The notes: a model not told the origin generated them from the sequence alone. 63,029 bases of DNA from Candidatus Thorarchaeota archaeon (GCA_048882485.1 JBHLRP010000017.1:1-63029); one strand, 5' to 3'. Positions 7,990 to 18,044 are shown, counted from the stretch's first letter. Numbers and translations are program-made.

Positions 7990-10287
7990 TTGACCACGCC
8001 CAGAATTCTCTTCGAGATCGAGGACGACAAAAGCACCACCGCAATAGCCATGGGAGACGTCACTGGATCTGGAACATCGGAACTCTGTACAGGAGACCGG
8101 GATGGTGTCCTTAGATTATATGATGGAAGTACTGCCGAGATTAGGTTCCTCGCTCAGAAGGATCTAGAAGGTAGCATCCTGTCACTCAAAATTGCAGATG
8201 CGAATAATGACGGTCGAATGGAGATTGTTGTAGGACGCAGCCTCGATCCAGGAGAGATTCCAGGCGAATCAGGTACTCTTCAAGTCTATAGATTTGCCCC
8301 AAGTGGCCAGTTTCAACTTCTGGCAGAGTATCCAATTGACAGGTTTATCACAACTGTCATGGTGACTGATGTCACAGGGGATGAGAAGAACGAGATAATC
8401 GTTGCAGGGAGTGACTCGTCTCTTCGAGTGTTCCAGATGGATACTGACGACAAGATTACTGAATATGCTAAGCATCAGCTTGAGAACATGCCAATATCGA
8501 TAGGAATCTGTGATGTCATTGGTGATGAAATCGACGAGTTTGTCACAGGCAATATTGATGGTTCACTCAGAGTATTCAAGGTGAGAGATCATACCATTGA
8601 CGAGATTGAAGTTCTCCAGCTTCCTAGTCCAATCATCTCAGTCAAGGCAGGAGACATCTTGGGTGACAGGAAGATGGAACTGGGTGTTGTCACTCGAGAT
8701 GGTACTGTCAGAGTCTATCGCAACGAGGAGAGCAGGCTGGACCTCTTCACCAAGCTTGAAGGAGTGAATGCACTCTCCGTAGTTATGGAAGAGATCAATG
8801 CAGACCACATGGATGAGATGATAGTTGCTACCTCTGATTACAAGGTCAATTTCTACAATCTGCATATGGCCGAGCTTCAGGAACTGGCCAGCGTGAACAT
8901 TGGCGAGAAGATCCTCTCAATCAGTGTTGGAGACGCAGGAGGAGATGACAGAAAAGAAGTCCTAGTGGGCATATCAAACGGTCCGTTGAGAGTTCTTCAA
9001 GGGCTGTATCAGCTGATTCCCAAATTTGAGATTGATACGCAGGCAAAGACCGGCACTAATCTAGTTGGGAAAGTCACTGTTGCAAATATCACAAGTCAGC
9101 CAATCACTGGAGTCACTGGCAAGGTATACTGGTTCCCCAAGGACAACCTCCAGGTGTCTGACAATCAGCTCAAATTCGATCTGAATCCTGGTGAGACCAA
9201 GACGATTCAGTTGGACCTTGTGCCTACCACTGAAGGAACTGTCATCATTCGTCCAATAGTGTTGATGTGGACAGATGCTTCAGGCCAAGTAAAACAGATC
9301 ACTACGCCTGAGACTGCGATTCTTGTAGAAAAAGGCGCTGCTGTAGCTGCGCCCGCCGCCATGCCATCGGTATCATTACCCGAACCTTCGGCGGCCATCG
9401 TTGATGATTTGATAGACTATGCTCCTGCTGAAGGCACTGGCTTTGCTGAAGTAGAGAAAGCAAAAGCAGCAGAGATTCTCAAAATGACTTCAACTGAGGG
9501 TTCGGATGAGTCCTTGAGAGAGGCTGAAGAGCTACTCGATAAGCTGTTTGGAGTAGAGGAGGCCGGCACAGTCATCTCTGAGGTAGAAGAAGTCTCAGCA
9601 GTGATGGAAGACGTGGCCCCTGCGGCTCCCGCACAAGTGGTAATTGAAGAGGTTGCTGATGAGAGCGCTCTAGTAACAGAGATGCGTGCACGAACTCCAA
9701 AACCACCTCGTCCTGGCGCTCCCAGCGACAGCTACACGTATCTTTTCAAAGTGATGGTCACTGGAGAGGGAGCGGTGGGAAAGACAACCCTCGTGAATCG
9801 CTACGTAACTGGTGTTTTCGAGCGAGATTACAAGACGACGATTGGTTCTCAATTTGCCGTCAAGCTCACTCACATTTCGCCCCCAGAGCCGGAATACGCT
9901 GTGGGGATCAAGCTTCAATGCTGGGACGTAGCAGGCCAAGCCAGATTCAAGGCTGTGCGGAAGATGTACTACAGTGGTGCGGCAGGAATCATCCTCGTCT
10001 ATGACGTGACCAGAAGACGCTCATTCACCGAGCTCTCCAAGTGGGTAAAGGAGGCAGATGAGTCAATTGGCCTACGAGTGCCAATTGTTGTCGTAGGCAA
10101 CAAGACCGACCTTCCTGACAGAGCGGTTCCAGCAGCCGAGGCCAAGCGCTGGGCTGAGGACCAAGGCTTTCTCTACATGGAATCTTCTGCAAAGACTGGT
10201 GATGGCGTAGCAGATATGTTCACTGTTTTGGCTGAACAGATGTGGCGCGATGCAAAGAAAGCCACTGAGGCAAAGAAAAGCAAGTAG
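7990..10287 (+). CDS. FG-GAP-type 7-bladed beta-propeller + Ig-like domain + acidic linker + C-terminal Rab-like small GTPase fusion protein
   Basis: Seven D-x-x-G-D-x-x-x-E repeats; G1 GEGAVGKT, G2 YKTTIGSQF, G3 WDVAGQ, G4 NKTD, G5 SAK; TTG start. Confidence 0.9.
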   Translation: MTTPRILFEIEDDKSTTAIAMGDVTGSGTSELCTGDRDGVLRLYDGSTAEIRFLAQKDLEGSILSLKIADANNDGRMEIVVGRSLDPGEIPGESGTLQVYRFAPSGQFQLLAEYPIDRFITTVMVTDVTGDEKNEIIVAGSDSSLRVFQMDTDDKITEYAKHQLENMPISIGICDVIGDEIDEFVTGNIDGSLRVFKVRDHTIDEIEVLQLPSPIISVKAGDILGDRKMELGVVTRDGTVRVYRNEESRLDLFTKLEGVNALSVVMEEINADHMDEMIVATSDYKVNFYNLHMAELQELASVNIGEKILSISVGDAGGDDRKEVLVGISNGPLRVLQGLYQLIPKFEIDTQAKTGTNLVGKVTVANITSQPITGVTGKVYWFPKDNLQVSDNQLKFDLNPGETKTIQLDLVPTTEGTVIIRPIVLMWTDASGQVKQITTPETAILVEKGAAVAAPAAMPSVSLPEPSAAIVDDLIDYAPAEGTGFAEVEKAKAAEILKMTSTEGSDESLREAEELLDKLFGVEEAGTVISEVEEVSAVMEDVAPAAPAQVVIEEVADESALVTEMRARTPKPPRPGAPSDSYTYLFKVMVTGEGAVGKTTLVNRYVTGVFERDYKTTIGSQFAVKLTHISPPEPEYAVGIKLQCWDVAGQARFKAVRKMYYSGAAGIILVYDVTRRRSFTELSKWVKEADESIGLRVPIVVVGNKTDLPDRAVPAAEAKRWAEDQGFLYMESSAKTGDGVADMFTVLAEQMWRDAKKATEAKKSK

Positions 10288-10453
10288 TCTCAGCGCGGGA
10301 GCAAGAGGATATCGGCAACACTAGCCGACCATCTGGTCAAAATGGGATTCCCACACTTTCAAGTACAATTCTCCTATGGACATGAAAAAGAGATGAGTGA
10401 GAAGTTTGCAAAACGGGTGATGCCAGAAATTTCACATCACTGGGTTGCTATCA

Positions 10454-11188
10454 TCAACGTGTGTGAGCCTTTCGGAAAATCTCTCCTTCCTGCGTGTTCT
10501 CCCATCTTCGCTCTTTTCTTGGGTTTCCTCTATCATAACAGATTCCTCCTAGTACAAAGAACAGACTTCCGAAAACGATGAAAAAACGTAATGCATTCCA
10601 CTGAGTGATTTCAGAAATGAACTCATTGGTGACAGGTTGATTCAGGGTAAAGTCTAGGAACTGAATCTGCTCTGGATTGTCGTCAATGTAGCGAGTCCCA
10701 TTAACGGTTACGTCATAGACTCCTTCCGGTAGATTTGTACTACGTGTCAACCCTCCGTAGTGATCAAAGTCTTCAGCATTTGCGTCAATGACTATCAATC
10801 CGATGATGCTTCCCTCTTGGGAAATAGTAACATTGACCTCCAGCCGTTCATTTGATGCCAAAGAAGCGATTATTCGTATTTGGACATCTGCATCATAGGC
10901 AACTGTTTCATATACTCTGAATGCGCCTTGGAATGGTCCAAGGTTGTTGATCTGATTCAGTCCATGATACGCTTTCATTGGATATGGCGCATAAATCATA
11001 GCTACGAATAATGTGATAGTAAACACAATGCTTGGTAGAAGGAGGGGTTTCCGCCAGGCCATACCTTTTCTGAGATGGCCAGATAGGGCCCCTCTCCAGA
11101 CAGCTATTGCCATTACAGCCGCAGTGGTGGTAAGTGCAATTAGTAGTAAGATTGACAGACTATCCACTGCAGACCCTATTCTCGTCAC
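10454..11188 (-). CDS. Hypothetical membrane protein (2 N-terminal TM, extracellular beta domain, C-terminal TM)
   Basis: 244-aa ORF with three hydrophobic segments. Confidence 0.65.
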   Translation of the reverse strand: MTRIGSAVDSLSILLLIALTTTAAVMAIAVWRGALSGHLRKGMAWRKPLLLPSIVFTITLFVAMIYAPYPMKAYHGLNQINNLGPFQGAFRVYETVAYDADVQIRIIASLASNERLEVNVTISQEGSIIGLIVIDANAEDFDHYGGLTRSTNLPEGVYDVTVNGTRYIDDNPEQIQFLDFTLNQPVTNEFISEITQWNALRFFIVFGSLFFVLGGICYDRGNPRKERRWENTQEGEIFRKAHTR

Positions 11189-11439
11189 CCTCTATCTTAG
11201 GTTAGTATACCTCTGAGTGAATATCAACCTTTGTCAATTCAGCTGAGTGATTAAATGCAAGGAACTCTCTCTCCCTACATATTCTAGAACATAGTTTTCA
11301 TTCAGTTCATCAGAATCTGGTAGACTCTCTAACCTGTTTCTGATTTTGCGTTGTTTTTCTTGACCTACTTGCTTGTATCTCTTGCGAAAGAAACGTCTGT
11401 ATTGTTCGTGCACGTGTGTTTTAACATCCTACAACATCC

Positions 11440-12039
11440 TTAGAATTTGCCTCGTCTGTCAGCAACACCTGCATCATACGCTGCTAGATTCATTTCTGGA
11501 TCACGAAGAATAGTTTCTACTGCTTTCCGAATTTCATCCCCACCCATTGGGATCTCCTTCAATGAAGATATGGCACCGAGCATGTACGAGTTCAGCAGCC
11601 GCAGGCCGCCTGATTTCTCCAAGGACTCTACTGGATTAAGCGCTATGACTTTTCCACAGAGAGACCTGAGTGATTCAACGATCTTGTCTGTTGGTGGATA
11701 TTCCTCAGCCTCAGAGAGGGAGCTCGGCGTTTCGACTATCGCAGTACTGACAACTGCAACGGTCTGTTGGCTCGCATACTCAATGGCTGCTCTCAAGGCC
11801 TCTAGTGGTTCCATTCCCAATAGGAGGTCAGCTTTTCCTTTTGGTATCAGAGGCCCTCTGTCCTGTTTACTGATCCGAAGATGAGTAAGAACTGTGCCAC
11901 CTCTCCTAGAAGCACCAAAGGTCTCTCCGACAACCGGACGAAGCCCATTCTGTAATGCAGCCTCGGATAGAATTCTCCCACACACGAGATTGCCCTGACC
12001 TCCCACACCAGCAATTAGAATGTTGTAGTCATCATTCAT
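11440..12039 (-). CDS. iorB: Indolepyruvate:ferredoxin oxidoreductase beta subunit
   Basis: NILIAGVGGQG, GETFGASRRGGTV, GMEPLEALR. Confidence 0.92.
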   Translation of the reverse strand: MNDDYNILIAGVGGQGNLVCGRILSEAALQNGLRPVVGETFGASRRGGTVLTHLRISKQDRGPLIPKGKADLLLGMEPLEALRAAIEYASQQTVAVVSTAIVETPSSLSEAEEYPPTDKIVESLRSLCGKVIALNPVESLEKSGGLRLLNSYMLGAISSLKEIPMGGDEIRKAVETILRDPEMNLAAYDAGVADRRGKF

Positions 12040-12042
12040 TGG

Positions 12043-13914
12043 TCATCCCTGCTTGATCGCACCATGTGGGCATACCATGACACAGGCTCCGCATCTCACG
12101 CAGACATGGTCATAGATTATTGGTCTAGCTGCTTCATCCTGCCATCCAAGAGCTACACATCCAAACTGAGCTGCACAAATCTTGCAGCTCTCACCACGGC
12201 ATGCATCTGAGTCAATGTGAATTGGGTCCAGTTCAGAATAGGCTTCTCCCATCCTCTGTTCCTCCAGTCTACAGATGCTCTTGAACAGTAGAACATTGAG
12301 GCCATCTTTACGGATGGTGTCATGAATGAGATCTATTGTGCTAGCCAAGTTCGTGGCATCGCCAACGGCATAGAAGTCAGGTTCGATAGCTTGGACTATC
12401 TTCTCAATACTCACCATCCTTTGTCCTTCAGGCTGGTCTTCCTCACCTGGATGTTTCTGGAACCCGGTCATGGCTGTAGTGGAATTGTCAAGAATCATGA
12501 ATGTGACATTCGCATTCTTGTGCCTCGCATTAATCAGAGCAGGTATGCAGGCATGCAGAAAAGTCGAATCTCCTGCCACTGCTGCGACTCTAAATTCGAA
12601 ACCAAGTTCATGAAGTTGGCCTAGACCGCTAGCAATCCCTATTCCTGACCCCATTGAGAACAGCGTACCTATAGCTTCGTCATAGAAGACTCCGAGGGAA
12701 TAGCAACCAATATCCCCTGTCACTGAGAGCTTTCCACCCAACCTCTGCTTCACCTTGCGAACAGCCCAGTACACATTCCTGTGAGTACATCCAGCACAGA
12801 ACGTCAAGGCTCGTCCAATTAGGAGCGAACGTGCAGATTCCCGTAGGCCTTCCTCCTTTTTGTCATGCCTCTTCAATTTGAAACCTAGTGCTTTCTGCAA
12901 TGCTGCGATTGCTAGGTCAGTATTCATTTCTCCGTATGCAGGTGCCGCACCATTCCGTTTACCATGGAATTTGCAGCTGACGGAAGGCAATTCAGTTGAT
13001 AACGCCCGCACTGCATCCTCTACAAAAGGATCTGATTCTTCCAGGAAGAGTACATCAGGTGCCTTCCTGATTGCCTTGTATATCAACTTCCTTGGTAGGG
13101 GATGCGTTGTAACAAGTCCCAAAGTTCCACTGCTTTTTGCACCTGCCGATTCCTTCGCCTCTTCTGCATACCTTTGGCATATTCCAGATGCAATCGTAAG
13201 AAGGTCTACATTCTTCTTCACGTGTAGCTTGTTGAATGGGCTAGTGTCAAATTCCTCTGAGATGCTCTGAATCTTGTTCTGAAGTTCCCGTTTTGCTAGA
13301 TGAGGATTTGGAACATTATAGAGCTTCTCTTTCATCTTTAGGGGTTTGGGGTAATCATAACTATCAATTGGGCTGGGATTAACCAGTCCACGAGAGTGAC
13401 CGAGTCGAGTTGTGCTTCGAATAATCACTGGTACCTTGTATTTTCTTGAGAGGTCAAAGGCATAGAGCACAACATCCTTTGCTTCTTGGTATCCCGAGGG
13501 CTCTAGCAGAGGTAGGAGCGCTGCCTTTGCATAGAATCGAGAGTCTTGCTCAGTACTAGTGGAGTGGCCTTCAGGATCATCACCAAAAATGATGACAAGT
13601 CCCCCGTCTCCACATTCTGATAGATTCATAGTCAGAAGAGAGTCGGAAGCGACATTAAGACCCAGAGACTTCATTGAGCAGAGTGCAGGTATGCCTGCCC
13701 AACTCGCCGCCGCAGCCGCCTCAAGCGCGACTTTCTCATTGACACTCCATTCTGCATGGATTCCAATACTCTCTGCTTTTCTCATGATGTATTCTGTTAT
13801 CTGTGTTGCAGGTGTTCCTGGGTAGGATGTACAGAAGCCCACTCCCGCTTCAAGCGCACCTCTGGCTAGTGCTTCATTACCGCTCATCAATCGAGCAGAG
13901 GTTTCATCATCCAT
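12043..13914 (-). CDS. iorA: Indolepyruvate:ferredoxin oxidoreductase alpha subunit
   Basis: MSGNEALARGA, YPGTP, EWSVNEKVA, FCAGCTHR, GDIGCY, TPP motif GDSTF..DN, C-terminal ferredoxin domain. Confidence 0.93.
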   Translation of the reverse strand: MDDETSARLMSGNEALARGALEAGVGFCTSYPGTPATQITEYIMRKAESIGIHAEWSVNEKVALEAAAAASWAGIPALCSMKSLGLNVASDSLLTMNLSECGDGGLVIIFGDDPEGHSTSTEQDSRFYAKAALLPLLEPSGYQEAKDVVLYAFDLSRKYKVPVIIRSTTRLGHSRGLVNPSPIDSYDYPKPLKMKEKLYNVPNPHLAKRELQNKIQSISEEFDTSPFNKLHVKKNVDLLTIASGICQRYAEEAKESAGAKSSGTLGLVTTHPLPRKLIYKAIRKAPDVLFLEESDPFVEDAVRALSTELPSVSCKFHGKRNGAAPAYGEMNTDLAIAALQKALGFKLKRHDKKEEGLRESARSLLIGRALTFCAGCTHRNVYWAVRKVKQRLGGKLSVTGDIGCYSLGVFYDEAIGTLFSMGSGIGIASGLGQLHELGFEFRVAAVAGDSTFLHACIPALINARHKNANVTFMILDNSTTAMTGFQKHPGEEDQPEGQRMVSIEKIVQAIEPDFYAVGDATNLASTIDLIHDTIRKDGLNVLLFKSICRLEEQRMGEAYSELDPIHIDSDACRGESCKICAAQFGCVALGWQDEAARPIIYDHVCVRCGACVMVCPHGAIKQG

Positions 13915-14035
13915 CTTGGACCATCGGAGTAGGCGTCAGTGGTGATAGAAAACACTTCCGACTTTCACAGCAAGAGCAATTGTACATTAAAGAAAGAAAG
14001 AAAAGGCCCGCGTCAATTTTCCTTCTGAATACACT

Positions 14036-15109
14036 ATGAGCAAAGCTCCAGGTGCCAAGAGTAAACTCACAGGAATACTATCAATCTCCCATGATAAAGA
14101 CGTTGATGGTCTGAATGCAGCGGCGATAGTATGGCGCTACGCCAAGTCAAAAGGTCTTAAGTTTGACATGATATTGACTGATTATGGCTTCTTCGATCAG
14201 GCCTTTTCGAAAGTTGCCAGGCGCAGACATACGCTCATAGTAATTACTGATCTTGGTATTGACGAGAACTCGATGAATCTCGCCATAGATGGTCTGTCAA
14301 AGGCGATTACACAAGGATGTAGAGTTGTTTGGCTTGACCATCACTCATGGAGCAAGCAAGCAATTGACGCAGTCCTCTCTCTAGGGAACAAGCCTGTCCT
14401 CAGGGTGAATCCCGACTATTGTGCAGCTGAGATCGCCCACAAGAGCCTCATGCCAAGGGATGAAACTTGTGCTGAACTCGCTCGCATTGCACATGACACT
14501 GATTTCAATTTAAGGGAGATAGAGGCAGCTGTTGCTCTTGCAGATTTGGTTTCAGTCAGTCGATTTGCTGCTATAAATAAGAAAGAGGACATGAGTGCCG
14601 CAGTGCTGCCAATAGTCACTGGCTTAGCTGAGAATGGTATAGCCGGAATATGGGACGATAAAACGAAGAAATTCAAGGACGCGACAATGGAGAAACAGGT
14701 CCGAGAATATCGGAAAGAGCGCCTCAAAAAGATGAAGAAGTCACTTGCCGGCCATTGTGATCAGCTTATTCATGACAGGCTCGTTCGCATCGTTGAGATA
14801 CCTACAGGAGTCACCACTACCGATCTCGGGACATTTCTCTCTGATGAGAAGAACCTCGAGCTTGAAGGTCAGAGATTGGAAGTGGCTGACTTGCTGATAA
14901 CTGTGAGTCAAGGCGGCCTCCTCGGATTCAGAAGAGGCAATGAGTCCACCTTGTGCAATGTAGCTGCGGGGTTATTCAATGGAGGTGGGCATCCCTATGC
15001 CGCTGGGGGTGAATATGGGATGTATGATGATTTTCAAGCTGTCTGCGATGATATCTTCTTGGCGCTCTCAAAGGGCCAAGACTGGGTCATTCCGTCAAAG
15101 GTTCTATGA
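14036..15109 (+). CDS. DHH/DHHA1 family phosphoesterase
   Basis: HDKDVDG, ITDLG, WLDHH and GGGHPYAAG motifs. Confidence 0.88.
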   Translation: MSKAPGAKSKLTGILSISHDKDVDGLNAAAIVWRYAKSKGLKFDMILTDYGFFDQAFSKVARRRHTLIVITDLGIDENSMNLAIDGLSKAITQGCRVVWLDHHSWSKQAIDAVLSLGNKPVLRVNPDYCAAEIAHKSLMPRDETCAELARIAHDTDFNLREIEAAVALADLVSVSRFAAINKKEDMSAAVLPIVTGLAENGIAGIWDDKTKKFKDATMEKQVREYRKERLKKMKKSLAGHCDQLIHDRLVRIVEIPTGVTTTDLGTFLSDEKNLELEGQRLEVADLLITVSQGGLLGFRRGNESTLCNVAAGLFNGGGHPYAAGGEYGMYDDFQAVCDDIFLALSKGQDWVIPSKVL

Positions 15110-16075
15110 GTTCGAATCCTCCTCGTCCTTTAATTTTGCCAGCCTTGCTACCGTTTCCATAATATCCACTCCCTCTTCCCAGATCTTTCTGAATGTGTTC
15201 AATGCATCATCGACCAATCCCGGATTGTCTTCCCTACGAACTAGCGCCGCCATGTCGGATGCAGGAGAGTGCGTGAGGTAGAGAAGCATCAAGTCAGTGT
15301 TCAGAGCAACCATTCTATAGGTCTTGAGAGGAGTCTTAGGACTTCGAACCACCAGGTTTCCAGTTTTCATGACTTCCTGCAGGAGCTTCCCCAATCCGCC
15401 AATGTATCTAGAGATTAAACTTGGGTCACGTGATGCATCTTCTGTAGGTACTAGAATGCTCCAGACTCTGATGCCCTCTGCCGCCTTCATCAAGAGTTGC
15501 ATTTCGGTGACTCCACTGGTTTCATTATCTCTGTCCATAACCTGTATGGAAGAGATCTGTCTTATTATGTCGCCAGGCTTTGCTTTCTGGAAAATTTCTC
15601 TTATGAGTGTGCTTCTCACATTTTCGATTCCTTCTATTACAGTCGACGTGTCGATAGGTACACTCCCCACAATCGTGTCATATGCCATCATTGTTAGGTC
15701 TCTTACTGTTGTGTCTTTTACTATCTTTAAGTCCGCTTCTACCTCGGCTTGATCGGACTTCAATTCATTCACACGTGAGGACAGCTTCGTCTTCAGAGCC
15801 TCTGCGATGATTCCTTCAGACGTCTTATATCGACGTGGGCTCTCAATTCGTTCAGTGCTGACGAAATCCTCATCCTCCAAACGGGCCAGACATCTGTATA
15901 TCCAGACTTTTGAAAGCTTCATGCCCTTCTCCTGCAGATGATCAAAGAGCTCAGTAAAAGTAACTCCAACTGAGCTCTTCTCCATGCCAATTAGCAATTT
16001 AAGAACCTGCATGTCGCGAGAAGACATGTCCACACCAATTCTCTCAAAGATATCCTTGCCACCTATTCCACTCAT
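15104..16075 (-). CDS. TrmB-like regulator (winged HTH + coiled coil + PLD-like effector domain), paralog 3
   Basis: LSKVWIYRCLARLEDEDFV wHTH, heptad segment, IEGIENV, C-terminal FRKIWEEG. Confidence 0.7.
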   Translation of the reverse strand: MSGIGGKDIFERIGVDMSSRDMQVLKLLIGMEKSSVGVTFTELFDHLQEKGMKLSKVWIYRCLARLEDEDFVSTERIESPRRYKTSEGIIAEALKTKLSSRVNELKSDQAEVEADLKIVKDTTVRDLTMMAYDTIVGSVPIDTSTVIEGIENVRSTLIREIFQKAKPGDIIRQISSIQVMDRDNETSGVTEMQLLMKAAEGIRVWSILVPTEDASRDPSLISRYIGGLGKLLQEVMKTGNLVVRSPKTPLKTYRMVALNTDLMLLYLTHSPASDMAALVRREDNPGLVDDALNTFRKIWEEGVDIMETVARLAKLKDEEDSNS

Positions 16076-16992
16076 TGGTTTCTCGACTCCGTCAGAATCT
16101 CAGCTTTTCCATAGTCCTCTGAGAAGCTCTGAATCGCATCCTCCATAAGCATTGTATTTGTTTCTCTGGAAATCCAAGTGCCAGCTAGTGGTTCTTCAGC
16201 TACGATTAAGACCATCCCCTCTCCGCTTTTTGACGCAAACTGGTACGTGGCATCTTGTCGGATGCATCTCCTCAGCTCAATATTGTGACCCTGATCTTGC
16301 AGTTTCTGAATAACAGCAGCTAGCTCCGCTGTGAAACCATCTTTGTCCACTGAGCGACACAATACTCGAGTTTCTGCGCCACTCCTTCCTAGGCAGTCGA
16401 ACAGGGCAGCAATCCCGCCTTCATGATCCTTTTCTGCCCTCATCCAGTCAATTGTAATTCGAATAATGTCACCACGATTTGCCTGCTTACATATCTCTCG
16501 CTCGATTAAGCCAAAACATGGTCCTAAGCCCTCCACAAATATGGGCTTTGGTCTAATGCGACGACCTGTCATTATTGACAAGAATTGGCTTGCTAGAGTT
16601 CCAGAGTCAAGATATCTTAGCTCCTCGATTTCAGATTCAAGCTGACTTACCCTTTTCTCTAGCTCCTTCACAGCTGTTTCCTTTGCCCTCTTCAAACCGA
16701 CTCGCATCACTTTATGACTCGAACCATATCTGTGACGATACCCTGTACGGTCAACAATAATGAATCCGTCCTTTTCCAATGAGGCTAGGCTTCGATAAAG
16801 AAGTGGATCTGACACGCCTTTCTCTCCCTCCTCTATCATGAACGTATCCTTAATGTCTTCAAAAGTAGCAAATGTTTCATGGTCTCTCTGGGCTTTCATT
16901 AAGGCTCTCAAGACCACCATTCTTCTTTCATCTGGGTCAAAACCGACCAATTCCAGTGCCGCTTCTTCCGTTGGGCGTGTCACTGCCCCCAC
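16072..16992 (-). CDS. TrmB-like regulator, paralog 2
   Basis: VSDPLLYRSLASLEKDGFI wHTH, coiled coil, FVEGLG, GDIIRIT, C-terminal FSEDYGKA. Confidence 0.7.
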   Translation of the reverse strand: MGAVTRPTEEAALELVGFDPDERRMVVLRALMKAQRDHETFATFEDIKDTFMIEEGEKGVSDPLLYRSLASLEKDGFIIVDRTGYRHRYGSSHKVMRVGLKRAKETAVKELEKRVSQLESEIEELRYLDSGTLASQFLSIMTGRRIRPKPIFVEGLGPCFGLIEREICKQANRGDIIRITIDWMRAEKDHEGGIAALFDCLGRSGAETRVLCRSVDKDGFTAELAAVIQKLQDQGHNIELRRCIRQDATYQFASKSGEGMVLIVAEEPLAGTWISRETNTMLMEDAIQSFSEDYGKAEILTESRNQ

Positions 16993-17000
16993 CTCAGTGT

Positions 17001-18044
17001 CTACTCCTTCTTGCTCCCATTACTTAAGTCTGTCCCGCCAACTAGCATTCTCACAAGAGGGCTGTCACTTGCTCCCATCTTTTCGAAATCATCAGCAGTG
17101 AGTTCGAATAATGATTTTGCATTAATCCAGTTCTCGTCAAAAGATGATATTGCGTTATCAATCCAATCAGGATTGAACTCTCTCGTCAGCCATGTTGCAG
17201 TAAGTGGGTTCTCAGTGATTACGAATGCGGTGCTCTGGTCATTCAGACTTACTTGACTGTACGTCCTTCCTGCTGGGAACACACGCACGTCAAACTTGAT
17301 TCCAGCTTCACGCATTTTGATTATGCCTTGAGCTATGCCGCCTATCCTTTGAGGGTCCATATCTCGCTCGACCAACTCACCCGCCGAGAGGATATCCAGT
17401 GTCACGAGATAACGGACATCTGCTCCTCTCTGGGCTGCATCGATGAACTTCATCATACGGTCTTCGCCTCCCTTTAGAAGAGGAGTTAGCCAAAGCACAG
17501 TAGCTCGTATCACGTCGCCTTTCTTTGCCACATCGGTTATGTTGTACTTCAGGACTCTGTCTAGTTCATCAACTCCGCGAACGATTCGCGTCGTTGGAGA
17601 TTCATCTTGACCGGTCAAAGATTTCACTAAACGCTGAGCTAATACTCCGCAATCCAGCTTCGAGATCTGATCTTGGTCGGCCTTCAGCGATTCTAACTCA
17701 TTCTGTATCTGGTTTATTCTGCTAGTCTTGAGCTGTTCTAATCCAGTCATTATTGTGTTAACATCGACAACGTAGCTCTTACGAGACTGACCCTCAACCC
17801 GCACAAGTTGGTTCTCAACTAAGGGCTTTAACACTCTATGCACCCAAGCCTTCGAGAGCTTTCCCTCAGGATTTTCCTGCAGGACAGAGTCATAGACTTC
17901 AGCGAATGTACGCGGTGCAGGAGGGGTTCCTCGAATCTTCAAGATTGCACGAAGAATCCCTATCGTTCTCGACTCCTCTTCAGCAGTACCCACATTGAGG
18001 CCAAGAATTTCTAGAGCCTCTCTAAGAGTTTCATCTTCAATCAT
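17001..18044 (-). CDS. TrmB-like regulator, paralog 1
   Basis: LSKAWVHRVLKPLVENQLV wHTH, coiled coil, IVRGVDEL, AAQRGADVRYL, FDENWINA; start placed at MIEDET. Confidence 0.72.
   Translation of the reverse strand: MIEDETLREALEILGLNVGTAEEESRTIGILRAILKIRGTPPAPRTFAEVYDSVLQENPEGKLSKAWVHRVLKPLVENQLVRVEGQSRKSYVVDVNTIMTGLEQLKTSRINQIQNELESLKADQDQISKLDCGVLAQRLVKSLTGQDESPTTRIVRGVDELDRVLKYNITDVAKKGDVIRATVLWLTPLLKGGEDRMMKFIDAAQRGADVRYLVTLDILSAGELVERDMDPQRIGGIAQGIIKMREAGIKFDVRVFPAGRTYSQVSLNDQSTAFVITENPLTATWLTREFNPDWIDNAISSFDENWINAKSLFELTADDFEKMGASDSPLVRMLVGGTDLSNGSKKE

Noticed and set aside
15104-18044. Possible PLD-family nuclease defence system
   Set aside because: None of the three paralogs has an HxK(x4)D motif; the architecture fits TrmB-like regulators.
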